Source: Eledone cirrhosa
Lineage: Eukaryota
Assembly: GCA_964016885.1 (NCBI GenBank)
Contig: OZ024747.1
Span: 40,858,001 to 40,922,000 of the forward strand
Length of the DNA: 64,000 nucleotides
Direction of reading: 5' to 3'
This document shows, one piece after another, positions 25,081 through 39,101 of the stretch (position 1 is its first letter; the number at the start of each line of letters is the position of its first letter). The notes beneath the pieces were generated by a model. It was given only the letters and a program-made list of their open reading frames with translations, made no database searches and had not been told where the DNA came from. The translations under genes and the position numbers were made by a program.

Positions 25081-26050
25081 CTGTGTTTTCTGCATGTTTC
25101 CTTTTCCTACATTCCTTTGTTCTGTAGAGAATAGTTAGATTTAGTTTAACTTTGACCGAGCTTGAGATGAGTAAACTGTAGGTTTATAACATTTCTCTTT
25201 GACTCCAGCAAGTATTTTTAAGACATCCTTTGCAGGTAATTTGGGCTCTTCCATGTATTTATAAAGTGTCTTGGGTGTTATTCTGTATTATGACATGTGG
25301 CTCCTGCATGCCAGTTTACTTGTTTCTACTTTCCACTATTTTGCCGTTGGCCACGTACTTCATTTTTTTCCTTTTACCTCCTCCTCTGCAATTTTTACCA
25401 GTAATGTACGTGTTGTCTTTCTTAACATTATGTTCATTCATTGATTCAATTTCTCTTTTCCGGACCTCTCCGGTAAGAATGGAACCTGTGGATCGTTAAA
25501 GAGTATATTTGGTTACTTAGTCATTTGTCTGTCTATGTTGAACAATAAAGCGAAACAAAGAAACACGGAAAAAAACAGTTTGAGAAAGATAAATTTATCT
25601 CTTTCGTTAGCAAATATATGTTTACTTATTTATTTCGTTATAGTATAAATTCATCCATTTATAGATCAATTAAAGAGAATATTTATTTTATCTAATTTAT
25701 CTCACTCTAAAGTAAAAGAGAGATAAAAAAAAAAGGCCAATGTCAGAACTCTTGATTCATTTTGGAACGCTTATTCTAGCTAACACAGACGTACATAAAT
25801 GGTTTCCAGTATTAAGATAAAACTAAAATATTATAGACTTATATCAGTTACGTTAAAGGATAAATTGAAGAATATACTTCTGTAAGAAAAATAGATAATT
25901 ATTTCGCTACGAAATACAAAGATAACATAGATACAAAGATAACATAGATTTATATATATATATATATATATAGCGAGGGAAAAGTGGTAAGGAACCAGGT
26001 GGACCATAACGCACCAAAGTACTCAATACTTAGGGTAGTAGAGTGGGTAA

Positions 26051-26128
26051 TAGGAGTAAGTAAGACCCCGACGGCTGAGCTCAAGCCGTTTCGACGGCTT
26101 GAGCTCAGCCGTCGGGGTCTTACTTACT

Positions 26129-26132
<4 letters not shown>
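26051..26132. repeat. Perfect ~39-bp-arm palindrome at the end of a short element in (TA)n
   Basis: TAGGAGTAAGTAAGACCCCGACGGCTGAGCTCAAGCCGT-TTCG-reverse complement; related sequence at 56076-56142. Confidence 0.85.
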
Positions 26133-26175
<43 letters not shown>

Positions 26176-26249
26176 TGGAGTAAAAGTTAAGTGGAATCTG
26201 AAGCCCTCGACCGTACGGATGCTCATATAGAAGAACTTATACATGTCCA

Positions 26250-26985
26250 CTAAACCAACAGTGCAACACTCCGGCAGTGATATACGAAGCAGAGGTTACC
26301 CCCACTAACCAGAACCACCAAACTGAAGCCTGGACCTATGATGGTATGTTCGAGAGCCGGTTTAAAAACTGGTTCCGGAATCATGAAACAACATTCAGAT
26401 ATCCTGATAAAAAAAACATACCACCCAGCTCGCAACCCATCAAATGGCGTATTTTGGAAAGATCTACCGCCTATGTAAATGGGTTGAAATTTTATCGGCT
26501 TTGCAATTCCGAAAAATGGTGGATACTCTCACAATTAGCTTCGGATAAGCACTGCCTCTACACACGATTCGATTGCTCTGGCGGTTGTCCCCATGTGAAG
26601 AAATATACTTTGGATAAATGGCTTAGGCCTGACTAACATGTCCAGAAGAATCTTTCGAGTTACTGACTATATTGTATTTCAGTGAAATGTGATCCCTGGA
26701 GTCAACTAGAAGAAATTATTGTGTTTCTATTTCCATTCTGAATTGACTGTCGTCTCTCAAGCGTTACCTCCCTTATATCTTACCCTATTTTTTAAAATAA
26801 CCCCTTTTTTCTATACCTTTTCTAAATTACCTGCCACTGCGTGAACTCTTTTGTTATATCCTCATAGGGAAAGTTCAATCAACCATAAGGGGACATCTTT
26901 GTTTTTTTATTTTTCTCATGACAGACTGAGAGAAATTGGGGCCCAGAATACAATGAAACTTGAGTACCTGTTTATGTCACTGTTG

Positions 26986-26990
<5 letters not shown>
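26250..26990 (+). mobile_element. 5'-truncated PLE (Naiad-like GIY-YIG remnant 26277-26636) with degenerate hammerhead at 26921-26971
   Basis: VIYEAEV..YDGMFESRFKNWFRNHETTF..IKWRILERSTAY..RLCNSEKWWI..CPH; ACAGA CTGAGAGA AATTG..CAAT GAAA CTTGAG TA CCTGT. Confidence 0.75.
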
Positions 26991-27061
<71 letters not shown>

Positions 27062-27062
<1 letters not shown>

Positions 27063-27502
27063 CTATCTATCTAAGGCGGGTAAAATTCCCGAGATCCATG
27101 GACGAGTTCTCTCCAGCGGTCTCCGTCCCTCATTATCGCTGCCATATTCTGCATCTCCAACAGACCAGTGTCTGTCCTTAGGGCATCAACATATGTTAAC
27201 CTTGGTCTTCCTCTTCTAGTGTGTCCATGTAGGGGCTCCCAAAGGAGCACTGAGTGCAATGTCAACTCTGGATGTCGGTGAGCATGTCCAGCCAACCTCA
27301 GTCTCCTCTGTGTCACTTTTGAGCTGACATTTGGGATGCTCCCATACAGCTCTGAGTTTTTCATCCTCAGTTTAATGTTCAGAGCCATCCTCAGCATTCT
27401 CGTGTAGCACCCATCCACCATCTGAGTAAGTCTCTTGGTCAGTGTCCAAGTCTCAAACCCATACAGCAGCACAGACTCCACTACAGCAATGAAGAGGCGG
27501 AT
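27062..27502 (-). mobile_element. RTE-clade LINE 3' fragment
   Basis: VESVLLYG.ETWTLTK..YTRMLRMALNI..QRRLRLAGH..RRGRPRLTYVD; ends in a TAGA/TA tail. Confidence 0.85.
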
Positions 27503-29070
27503 TATGTATATATGTATGTATGTTCTTCTGGTTTTATAATTTTACAAATTTTTTTCCCAATAAAGAGAGAGTCGGTTTCTAACATAAATACAGGACTCTC
27601 ACTGGAATTTACACATCAACTAGGTAGATTATGTAAGCATGCATGTGTAGATATGGATGTTATTGTATGTGTGGATGTGGATGTTTTGAGTTGTATGTGT
27701 GCATGTGTATATGCTTTGCATCTGTACATGTGTATATGCAGTTATTAGATGCAACATTTTTGGAATGTTTTACATATTTTTTACTGTTCCATTAATGGAT
27801 TGTACTTGTAATTTCCTAACTAATTGTGTTCTTTCTGTTCCTGTGAAGCCCAGCTTCTCAATATTTGTATTGAGGCAGTTACTAACATACCCCAGTGCCC
27901 CAATAATCACAGGCATAAATCTGAAGGTGTAATCAGGGTGGAGTATCTGCAGATTTCTCATCAGTTCTACATAAATATTCTCCTTTTCGTTAATCTTTGA
28001 TATTATATTGGCATCTGTTGGGCAGCTAATTTCCACTACAGTGCATTCTTTCTTATCCCTGTTCCATATCATAATATCTGGTCTGTTATGCCTGAATTTT
28101 ATTGGGTTTTATACTGGAACATTCCACCAGTACTCTTTCATATTATGAACGTGGATGTCTTTTAAAGTGTTTATTTACGGACTGAATTGCACAGTGTTTT
28201 GGCCACTACATCATACCTCTTAGGTAGATAGTACCGCGATGACATCTTTGGACAGCTACTGATGACATGGGTGATATCCTCGATGTTAGTTCTGCAGAGT
28301 CTGCACTTGTTATCATATCTAGGTGTTTTGCCTGCATTCCTATCTCTTTTGTGAATCAGGTATTTCGTGTTAATCTCCTGTTCTTAGACTGCAAAAGCGT
28401 ATCCTTCAAAGTGGGAGTATGACCTTATCTGTTTCATGCAGATAGACTTGCTCGCGAGACGGGCTCCTACGCTTCGAGGTTCGTAGATGTTGTGGGAGAG
28501 ATATGATGCGACATTCAAATGCTGTCTGGACTAATGTTAGGTCTCTGCCTCCCTGCTTACGTTTCAAGTAAAGGCGGTCTATGTCACTGTTGATGTGGAA
28601 GTTTCCGGTGTTGTTTAGTATTTTTCGAGTTCCAACATAAACTGCTCGGATTTAGTCTAGCGTCCAATTGAGTATTCCAAACGTTGGTGTTAGGACAGGC
28701 ACAGCAAACACATTGTGACCCACTGTTTTGTTTTGCGCAGAGAGTTCCGATGACCAAATCTGTCTTAATCGGGTGTAGCATTCCCTGGTTACGCGTTCCT
28801 TATTACACATACCATTATAGGATATGTTCTCATCTATCCCCAGGTATCTGTAGCAGTCCTCATCAGATATCGGTGAAACAGTAAGGCCATTGATGACAAT
28901 GTTGCTAGATTGGATTGTTGTTTTTCCCCGCTTTACAGTCATGTATGAGCATTTATCTTGGCCAAACTCCCTTCCTATATCTTTTGAGAACGTTTTGACC
29001 AGGTCAAGATTTTTCTTCATCCCATCCATGTTCTTGGCATAGAGTTTCAGATCGTCCACAAAGTATTCCA
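27503..29070 (-). mobile_element. R4/Dong-like non-LTR element 3' part (RT C-terminus, CCHC knuckle, RLE endonuclease)
   Basis: FVDDLKLY; YRYLGI; DIDRLYLKRKQGG; CRLCRTNIEDITHVISSC; RHNRPDIMIWNRDKKECTVVEISCP; PVIIGALG; flanked by (TATG)n. Confidence 0.85.
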
Positions 29071-29216
29071 TGTATGTATGTATGTCAGGTCACCTGTTGG
29101 TGCTACTGGTAACATGTACAACCTGTCTCATGGTCGGATCGTTGGCGACTAAACTGGAGTGAAAGCAACTGACGCATGTGTTTCTTATTGGCAACATGAC
29201 CCTCCCAAAGTATAAC

Positions 29217-29267
<51 letters not shown>

Positions 29268-29766
29268 ATGTCAACTCTGGATGTCGGTGAGCATGTCCAG
29301 CCAACCTCAGTCTCCTCTGTGTCACTTTTGAGCTGACTTTTGGGATGCTCCCATACAGCTCTGAGTTTTTCATCCTCAGTGTATACTGATTAATGTTCAG
29401 AGCCATCCTCAGCATTCTCGTGTAGCACCCATCCACCATCTGAGTGAGTCTCTTGGTCAGTGTCCAAGTCTCAGACCCATACAGCAGCACAGACTCCACT
29501 ACAGCAATGAAGAGGCGGATTTTCAGGTCTCTACGAAGGTCCGACTTCCACACCGTGTGTCCATGTAGTGTGTCCATGTAGGGGCTCCTTTGGGAGCCCC
29601 TACATGGACACACTAGAAGAGGAAGACCAAGGTTAACATATGTTGATGCCCTAAGGACAGACACTGGTCTGTTGGAGATGCAGGATATGGCAGCGATAAT
29701 GAGGGACAGAGACCGCTGGAGAGAACTCGTCCATGGATCTCGGGAATTTTACCCGCCTTAGATAGA

Positions 29767-29768
<2 letters not shown>
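29268..29768. mobile_element. RTE 3' fragment with 5' inversion
   Basis: 29268-29556 on minus, 29590-29768 on plus; palindromic junction GTGTCCATGTAGGGGCTCC-TTTG-GGAGCCCCTACATGGACAC. Confidence 0.8.
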
Positions 29769-29841
<73 letters not shown>

Positions 29842-29846
<5 letters not shown>

Positions 29847-30120
29847 AGGTCACCACTTGGTGCTACTGGTAACATGTATCCCAGTACAATCTGTCCCATG
29901 GTCGGGCCGTTGGCGACTAAACTGGCAACCCCACCAAGGTTTCTTGGTGAGTAGGGTGACTTTGGACATACTGCAGGACTAAAAACAAAACCTGTCAAAG
30001 GGCAAAGGAGCTCTTAAGAGTCAATGGCCATCCAAAATCACCGGGGGAGATGACCCCTTAGCCTTTGTCAAGGCAGAATTCCAGGAGAAGGAAAACTCTG
30101 ATATAACACCTGCAACCCTG
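29842..30120 (+). mobile_element. RTE-like 5' UTR / non-autonomous element (second copy 29082-29160)
   Basis: Both copies begin ATGTCAGGTCACC after a microsatellite; contains GGAGAAGGAAAACTCTGA, which resembles RTE 5' UTR motifs. Confidence 0.5.
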
Positions 30121-30451
30121 ATGGTATCCAATGATGTTTACTTGCTCTTCTTTTTGGTAAATATCATCTTGGTTAAGAGAGTGGGACTGGCTTTGTGCAG
30201 TGCCTTTGCTCACTATAAAAGCTTCACGGCACAGGCATTGCTTTATATCTGGAGATCTCTCTGCACTTGTCATCACATGGTACCATGGGCCCAGCAATAT
30301 GGATCAATAATTGTCACAAGTGTAGTGTTTGTACCAGAGTTTTCAAGTTGCTGGCTGGACTAAAAAGTCACACTCGTTCAGCGCATTGGTAGGGGTTCTC
30401 CTACATGGATATAAAGTAGTGGCCGTACTCGAAAACGAGTTGGCAGCCACC

Positions 30452-30527
<76 letters not shown>

Positions 30528-30542
30528 CTGTATGTATAAAAT

Positions 30543-30700
30543 GGTGCTGGCTGTTTTCAAAGACACGTTGTTTGGACCCGCCATGAGTTCAAATCCCGCC
30601 AAGTTTAACTTTACCTTTCATCCTTACGGGGTCGATAAAATAAAGTACCAGTAATGCACTGGGATAATGGCTGGCCTTGTGCTAAGAGTAGAAATAATTA
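30543..30700 (+). mobile_element. tRNA-derived SINE, main family (divergent head)
   Basis: GAGTTCAAATCCCGCC..CCTTTCATCCTTACGGGGTCGATAAAATAAAGTACCAG. Confidence 0.75.
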
Positions 30701-31850
30701 TATATTATGCCGATGGTCAAGTTTAAAACGTTTCGATAGAACAAATGAACTATCGAAACGGCTTAAACTTAACCGTTTGGTTTACATGTAATGAATAAGA
30801 TCTACACTCGGCTTGTATTAAAGTATAGAGCGAGTACCCTATTGAATAATGGTTTTACTCAGCGTGTGTGATCGATACAACGTGTATGATCGATATAATT
30901 AAATTCCACCCTCACTTGCATTGGATATAATTTGAATTAATATACGTTAATGCCACTTCATTTAATTTATTAGAGGTGGGTATAGCAAACACACATTTAA
31001 TACCATGTTAAAGTGTTCAAGTAATACTCCGCTATGTTAATTATAATTAGAAATAGAAATATAATAGAAGGGATAATTTATTAAACGCATCCCACTAATT
31101 TTAACATAATTCATAGTATTTTGAGAGATTTTGATGTAATTATAGATGAGTGTAATCGATTGAATTAGAATATATCATATTTCTGTAAATATAATTAGCT
31201 TAATATATAATATTTTAATCGAATATAATTTAATACAGTTTACAATGAGTGGATTCATATCGTGCTAACTGAAACAACGAATATCGACATACGAAGGTAG
31301 GTTGACAAGTTCATAGGCTTATTATGAAGGAAGATGCTAGAACTGCATGCATTAATTTCAATTCTTCGTATTAATAACTGCATTGTCTCCTTCCAGAAAC
31401 TATGTTGAAAAATAAATCTCATTTAGTCATTGAATGAGAGTAGCTTTTGAGCCGACCTTCCTAAACCATCGACGTCGTGGTTTCTTCAAATTAAAATGTG
31501 TGAAGCTTGATTTCTGTGATAAAAAATATTTTTGGCGACACAAAACAGCTAACCTCTCGAACTAAATGAATATTATGCGGTTAATCTATTATTTGTTCAT
31601 TTAATTATATAATTATTTATTTTCCTAATCTATTCATTTTATAATTTTGCTGGTGTCTGCCCATCCAGACATATCAAATTATCATTTGGTAAAAGAAACG
31701 AGGTGTAAATAAATAAACCAGACTTCCGAAGATCTCTAAGGATGGAGTGAAATAAATACATGAATACAACAGACTAATTTTAATTAATATGAATCGAATA
31801 TTTGGACTTCTGTTTTATTTATAGGTAGGGGCACCAGAAAAAAATATATA

Positions 31851-32036
31851 TGGATTGGCAGTATTGGTAGAGGGTCGGACGCCATGCTTTGACGCATAAA
31901 GTTACGGCCCTTGCCATTCTGAGTTCAAATCCCACCGAGGTTAACTTAGCCTTTTATCCTTACGGGGTCGATAAAATAAAGTACTTGTAATGCACTGGGT
32001 AATTACTGGCCTTCTGCCAAAAGTAGAAACAATTAT
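31851..32036 (+). mobile_element. tRNA-derived SINE, main family
   Basis: Full-length match to 2091-2272. Confidence 0.85.
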
Positions 32037-32233
32037 ATTATATTATATTATATTATATATATCATATTATATTATTTATGTTCATACACGGAACAAAAGC
32101 GCTAACTAAGGTTTTAAGACCCAATATTGACCACATCTGAATTTAAGAGGGATCAAATCTTTAGGCGCTTATGCGATTGAGCACTGTTTTCTTTTATCCT
32201 TTTTCACACCAATGGATATTACTACATACATAG

Positions 32234-33388
32234 AACCTTATGCTATCTCCACCAGATTCAGTAAATAAAAAAGTGTCTATAATTGTATAGATAAAAAAAT
32301 TGCAGCCTACTTTGTTAGGTACACAGTGCACCGATTTTTCTCCGCTATTGACAACATACACACACACACGCATGCATACAGAAACACACACACACACACA
32401 CGCACACACACACACACACACACATACACATACATATACATATATATATATATATATATATATGTATATGTTTATACGAGGTAACTTCAAAGTCACTGCC
32501 ACCTTTACACTCTATGTATACGTATTGATTACGAATTCTGTTAATGTATGAACATTTTAATTTAAGTGCTATGGTATGTTAAACTTCCATTCTATTCTAT
32601 CATATATATATACAATGTTAAGTTATAAGAAGATTTAATATATTTGATTACTATGTTTCTCATTAAATAAGCTCAATTAATCTTAGTTCAGAGTATCAGT
32701 AATTCAAATTTAAAAGATATATTTAGAGAGAGAGAGAGAAAGAATCATATATCATTTGTGAAACAGATATTATTTTGTACACATAAATAATACAAATAAT
32801 ATTTAGGAAAAAATACATGATTTAAGGTGGCAAAAGTTTATATTTTCCTTACAGTACTGTTACATAGTCCAAAACACCAAGGCGAAAACAAAATCGATCT
32901 AAGCAATCCACTATCGATTCCCAACTATCAATTCCGATAAAGCCAACGGAAGACGAGGAACTCTCGAAGTTCACTTACATACACGTGAATAAGATTAAAA
33001 TGAGAAAATCTTTGAGAAAATTTTGTTGAAATCTTTGGGAAATAGTTTTAATGAATATTTAATGAAATTTTGTAAGTGAAGTTGAATAAAAATTTGGTGA
33101 AATTTGTTTTGGAAATTTACGGTCAAACGTTTCTGAAACATTTTTATAGTAATTTTGGGAAAACATTTTTGTGAAATTTTTGTGAAACTTAGATGAATAG
33201 ATGAAATGGTTTAAGTATTTTTTTTTTATTTATGTGTGTATTTCAACAATGTATATTAGCGTATGTTGTCAATAGCGGAGAAAAATCGGTGCACTGTGTA
33301 CTTTGAACAAAGTAGGTTGCAATTTTTTTATCTATACAATTATAGGCACTTTTTTATTTACTGAATCTGGTGGAGATAGCATAAGGTT
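32234..33388. repeat. ~125-bp inverted repeats enclosing ~900 bp (possible MITE/foldback element)
   Basis: 32234-32358 is the near-exact reverse complement of 33261-33388. Confidence 0.7.
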
Positions 33389-33461
33389 AGTCAATTTCGA
33401 GGACACTTGTATTTGTGTGTGTCAGTCAATCTAACTATCTATCTGTCTATATATATATCAA

Positions 33462-33586
<125 letters not shown>

Positions 33587-34273
33587 GTATTGATTATATA
33601 TATATATGATGAATTTCGTATTTCTTTAGAAATACGGTATGTTTATAAATAAACATTTAGAAAGCGATAGCTATCAATAACACACTGATAGCTAACGCCA
33701 CCAGGCGGTGACCGGCAGAAGCAAGGGAGACACTCGTAGATGGTTCTCGTCAAGACGATCTCTCCCGCCTTGCAACTGCCGGACTTTGAAAACAGGCGAA
33801 AATATATAGTTTTTTCGTCTGTGTAAATGAGGTGATTAACCTCATTTGCATATGAAGCTGTATAAGTTGTCTAAACTTATAATACAATAGAATTAGAATT
33901 TAGCTTCGAACATAGCTGTATACAAATATGTATTTGAATTTCTCTCTTTTTTCTCTTTCTTCCTCTCTCCTCACCACCTTTCCCTCTTTGTTCTTCTTCC
34001 TCTTTTCCTTCTTTTTCCTTCCTTTTTCTTTTCTTTCCCTCCTGGCCTTTTGATTAGGAAAAGGCCTTGGGCGCACCGCTGATCGCTATAGATGTCCTGT
34101 AAATAAGCGCCGAAACATCTTGATCGCGGATTACAGTTGATGAACGATTCTTTTCTTCTTTTCTTTTCTTCTTTTCTTTTCTTCTCTTGTTTGGTCTATA
34201 CCACCATCCTAAACTTTGTTTATAGTAACCACACAGCTCGTTTCGTTTCTTATTAATTCATACATATATATAT

Positions 34274-34670
34274 ATTGTTCAAAATGTTAACAAATGAAAA
34301 ATATTCGCATAATCAAAATATATACTTTATTATATATATTTCAAATGTACTGTGTTGTTTTTTCAGTACGTCCTCATCAGACAAAATATATGATTTGATA
34401 CATGACATACCGCTACGGTCTTGATTATTCAATTCCAGTATTGGCAGTCAATACTGGAATTGAATAATAATAAAGTATATAATAATAAAGTATATATTTT
34501 GATTATGCGACTATCTTTCATTTGTTAGTATTTTTCATTTGTTAACGTGTTTCATTTGTTAACATTTTGAATAATATTAAAAACTCCAGGAAAAATTTCC
34601 AGTTGGGGGCTTCTAATCTATTGTAAAACTGTATTCGTTGAGTAATCAACGAACCATATTAATCTTTGGT
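34274..34670. mobile_element. ORF-less inverted-pLTR element related to the 8.5-10.9 kb PLE
   Basis: Central hairpin 34424-34468, inverted arm 34480-34575, tail homologous to 10785-10870. Confidence 0.75.
34320..34391 (-). ncRNA. Hammerhead ribozyme
   Basis: Minus: ATATATTTTGT CTGATGA GGAC GTACTG-loop-CAGTAC ATTT GAAA TATATA TA ATAAAGTATAT. Confidence 0.8.
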
Positions 34671-34742
34671 TATATATATAAATATATATATATACACACA
34701 CGTACATAGATGTATATTACATACATATACATATATGTATAT

Positions 34743-34776
<34 letters not shown>

Positions 34777-34778
<2 letters not shown>

Positions 34779-35460
34779 AAAGAAAATTTCGCTCTACATG
34801 GCTGAATACAATAAATGTAATCTGAGTTTTTCGAATATTAATAATAACATTCGATTCGTTTGCAATTATGCAAACATGCCTCAATTTTATAGCCATGCCA
34901 GTAGAATGAACACTTCATTCTTGTTATTGTGTTGGCATGCGAACAGAACTGCAGACACTAATGTTTCTGGGTATCACCCTTCATCAGTACAGCTCACTAT
35001 TCACCTGCCAAACTGTCGCATGCCAACACAATAGCAACAATGAAGTGTTCATTCAACTGACATGGCTATAAAATTGAGGCTTTTTTGCATAATTGCAAAC
35101 GAATCGAATGTTATTATTAATATTCGAAAAACTCAGATTACATTTATTGTATTCAGCCATGTAGAGCGAAATTTTCTTTTTTATTTGAATTTGGCAAAGC
35201 CGGCCATTTATCGTTCATGTACAGGAAACTGACTGGCTAGTCTGCTGATATGCAAATCTGGCTGATCAGTGGATCTGCTAATATGCAGTTCTGACTGATC
35301 AGCCAGTCTGCTAATATGCAAATCAGGCCGATCACTCACTGTGTATTTTTGAAAATAGCATATATTTTCACTAGCTCTGACAGTTTGGCAGGTGAACAGT
35401 GAGCTGTACTGATGAAACGTGATACCAATAAACATTAGTGTCTGCAGTTCTGTTCGCATA
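34777..35460. mobile_element. ORF-less inverted/partially tandem PLE-like element in (TA)n
   Basis: 34777-34940 inverted at 35017-35180; 34935-35015 inverted at 35380-35460; short internal ~27-bp repeats at 35230-35335. Confidence 0.75.
34946..34995 (-). ncRNA. Type-I hammerhead ribozyme with GUC site (mutated copy at 35401-35450 +)
   Basis: Minus: GAGCTGTA CTGATGA A GGGT-GAT-ACCC A GAAA CA-TTAG-TG TC TGCAGTTC. Confidence 0.88.
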
Positions 35461-35477
35461 TATATATATATATATAT

Positions 35478-36356
35478 AAAGAATTAGTATATCTACCAAC
35501 ATATATATACAGATGCATACCTATGCTAGCAAATATATAGGTTTTGTCTTAGTAACTTTGTGGTTCAATGCAAGGGGATGCAGAACAATTATATGAATGA
35601 CGTAAAATAAGAAAATTATAAAAATTAACTTAATAAAATTTCACTCCAACTAATTAGTTTCTGAAATGGAATAAACATGGTTTCCAAATGGAAAGCATGG
35701 AGAAGCCGTTTCGTCATCAGGAAGTTGAAACCATGTTTATTCCCTTTCAGAAACTAATTAGTTGGAGTGAAATTTTAGTAAGTAAGTTAATTTTTATAAT
35801 TTTCTTATTTTACGTCATTCATATAATTGTTCTGCATCCCTTTGCATTGAACCACAAAGTTACTAAGACAAAACCTATATATTTGCTAGCATAGGTACGC
35901 ATCTGTATATATATGTTGGTAGATATACTAATTCTTTATAATTATCTCCAAATTATTTTGTTGAGCAAAAATTTGCCAAAACTGCTACTATAGTTCATAG
36001 TAATGGCTTGGCTACTGTCTTTTTAACACCCCACTCCTCACTGATTAACCTTGATGTCACGTGATTGATTCTTTTGAATTTGCCACCGACCAAGTAGGCA
36101 GTGATTTTTTTTCAATGTCTTGGAATTTAGTCCACGCTTGCTTTTTTCCATCCACTGAATTATTTTTGTATAAGTTCCCTGTGTCCACGCATCGCCAGGT
36201 ATCTTAGCTGAGAACAGACTTCTTGATGACGAAACGGCTTCTCCATGCTTTCAATTTGGAAACCATGTTTATTCCCTTTCAGAAACTAATTAGTTGGAGT
36301 GAAATTTTAGTAAGTAAGTTAATTTTTATAATTTTCTTATTTTACGTCATTCATAT
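35478..36356. mobile_element. Second copy of the ~525-530-bp-unit element family
   Basis: 35478-35725 colinear with 7764-8015; 35728-36356 inverted, with a unit repeat of ~531 bp. Confidence 0.75.
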
Positions 36357-36371
36357 ATATATATATATATA

Positions 36372-37440
<1,069 letters not shown>

Positions 37441-38090
37441 CTTGTCCAATTCTTACTTACTACTGGTCCTTTTCTGTGAGCTGTTCGTCTATTTTGTGAG
37501 GAAATTGTTGTCTGGGTAGGATTGAAAGGGTATTTTCAGTCACAAGATCAATATTAATGCGAAACTCTTCCGAGGTCGAAAGTATCAGTCAAACAGTGGG
37601 TCGATAATATCGACTTTCCCTTCAAAAAATTAGAAACCAATATTAATGCTAAACTATGCAAGCATATTCATGCTTCTTATCACAGTCACTCACGCACATT
37701 TCCTCATATAATTTATTATGCATTCCTTCATATATATTCTTAAATAAATACACTATTCTAGCTCTAATAAACGGATTTCGAAATGTTGGTTTTATGGTGA
37801 TATGGTATTGTCCCATAACTCTGGTGGAAATACGGTGTTTCTTGGGCATTTTACGCCTAGCAGAGCCCATCACTCCCCAAGTTTGAGTACAGTATATTTC
37901 TTCTAGAGAAGGATAGAATGTGAGAGAGAAGTGAGAGATAATAAGAAGAAAAATCTACCCCAGTAATAGAATTATACTTTTGTTATTGACCTTGAAAGGC
38001 AAAGTTGACCATGGCGGGATTTGAACTCAGAGAGCAGAGAACCTAAACAAATACCGCAACACATTCTATCCGACGTTTTAACGACTCTCG

Positions 38091-38836
38091 GTGGATTGGC
38101 AGTATCGGTAGAGGGTCGGACGCCATGCTTTGAGGCATAGTTACAGCCCTTGCCATTCTGCGTTCGAATCCCACCGAGGTTAACTTTGCCTTTCATCCTT
38201 ACGGGGTCGATCAAATAAAGTACCAGTAATGTACTGGGGTAATTTCTGGCCTTGTGCCAAAAGTAGAAACAATTATTTTATTTTATTAAGGTTGTTAGGA
38301 GTGCCCATTAGATTACCAACGGTTTTATATAATGCAGTCATTTGGGTAGCGAGGGTATGGAGTACTGATAACTACGAGCCGTTGGCTGTTAAATTGTAAG
38401 GTATTTCAGAGTTAGCAGCGTAAATTATATCAAATTATAGTTTCTGATTCAAGCACAAGGCCAGCAATTTTGAGTGGGGGAGAAAGTTGATTAAATCGAC
38501 CCCAGTACGTTACTGGTGCATTGGTGGATTGGCAGTATCAGTAGAGGGTCGGACACCATGCTTTGACGCATAGAGTTACGGTCCTTGCCATTCTGAGTTC
38601 AAATCCCGCCAAGGTTAACTTTGCCTTTCATCCTTACGGGGTCGATAAAATAAAGTACCAGTAATGCACTGGGGTAATTGCCGGCCTTGTGTCAAAAGTA
38701 GAAACAATTATTTTATCGACCCCGTAAGGATGAAAGGCAAAGCTAACCTAGGCGAGATTTGAACTCAGAACTTAAAGGGCCATAACTCTATACCACAAAG
38801 CATGGTGTCCAACGCTCTACAGACACTGCCAATCCC
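38091..38836. mobile_element. Cluster of main-family SINEs (38091-38277 +, 38440-38520 -, 38523-38712 +, 38710-38836 -)
   Basis: Matches to the family consensus in both orientations; nested arrangement. Confidence 0.85.
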
Positions 38837-39101
38837 AAATAATAAAACCGTGATTTTTCATACGCGTTCGTGATACCTTTCGGTATCTCTTATAAAACAG
38901 TAATGTAGAAAGATCTGGATGGATATTCAAACACAATAGAGTTAACATGACATATCTTCAATACCTACATTTAAAGAGATCTATATCCTATACTCTAATT
39001 AATAATCGACTATTGATATTAATGCGAATTCACTTGACAGCTCAAGAATCAAAGATGATTTTGAAAGAATAATTAATTTACACATTTTATTAATCATTAT
39101 T

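Noticed and set aside
31270-31463. Mariner-like MITE
   Set aside because: TIR similarity is weak and cannot be supported confidently
33700-34150. GC-rich structured segment with GGCGC..GCGCC-GAAA-CATC
   Set aside because: No CUGANGA or UUGANAA in register; probably a PLE-type UTR but no ribozyme can be supported
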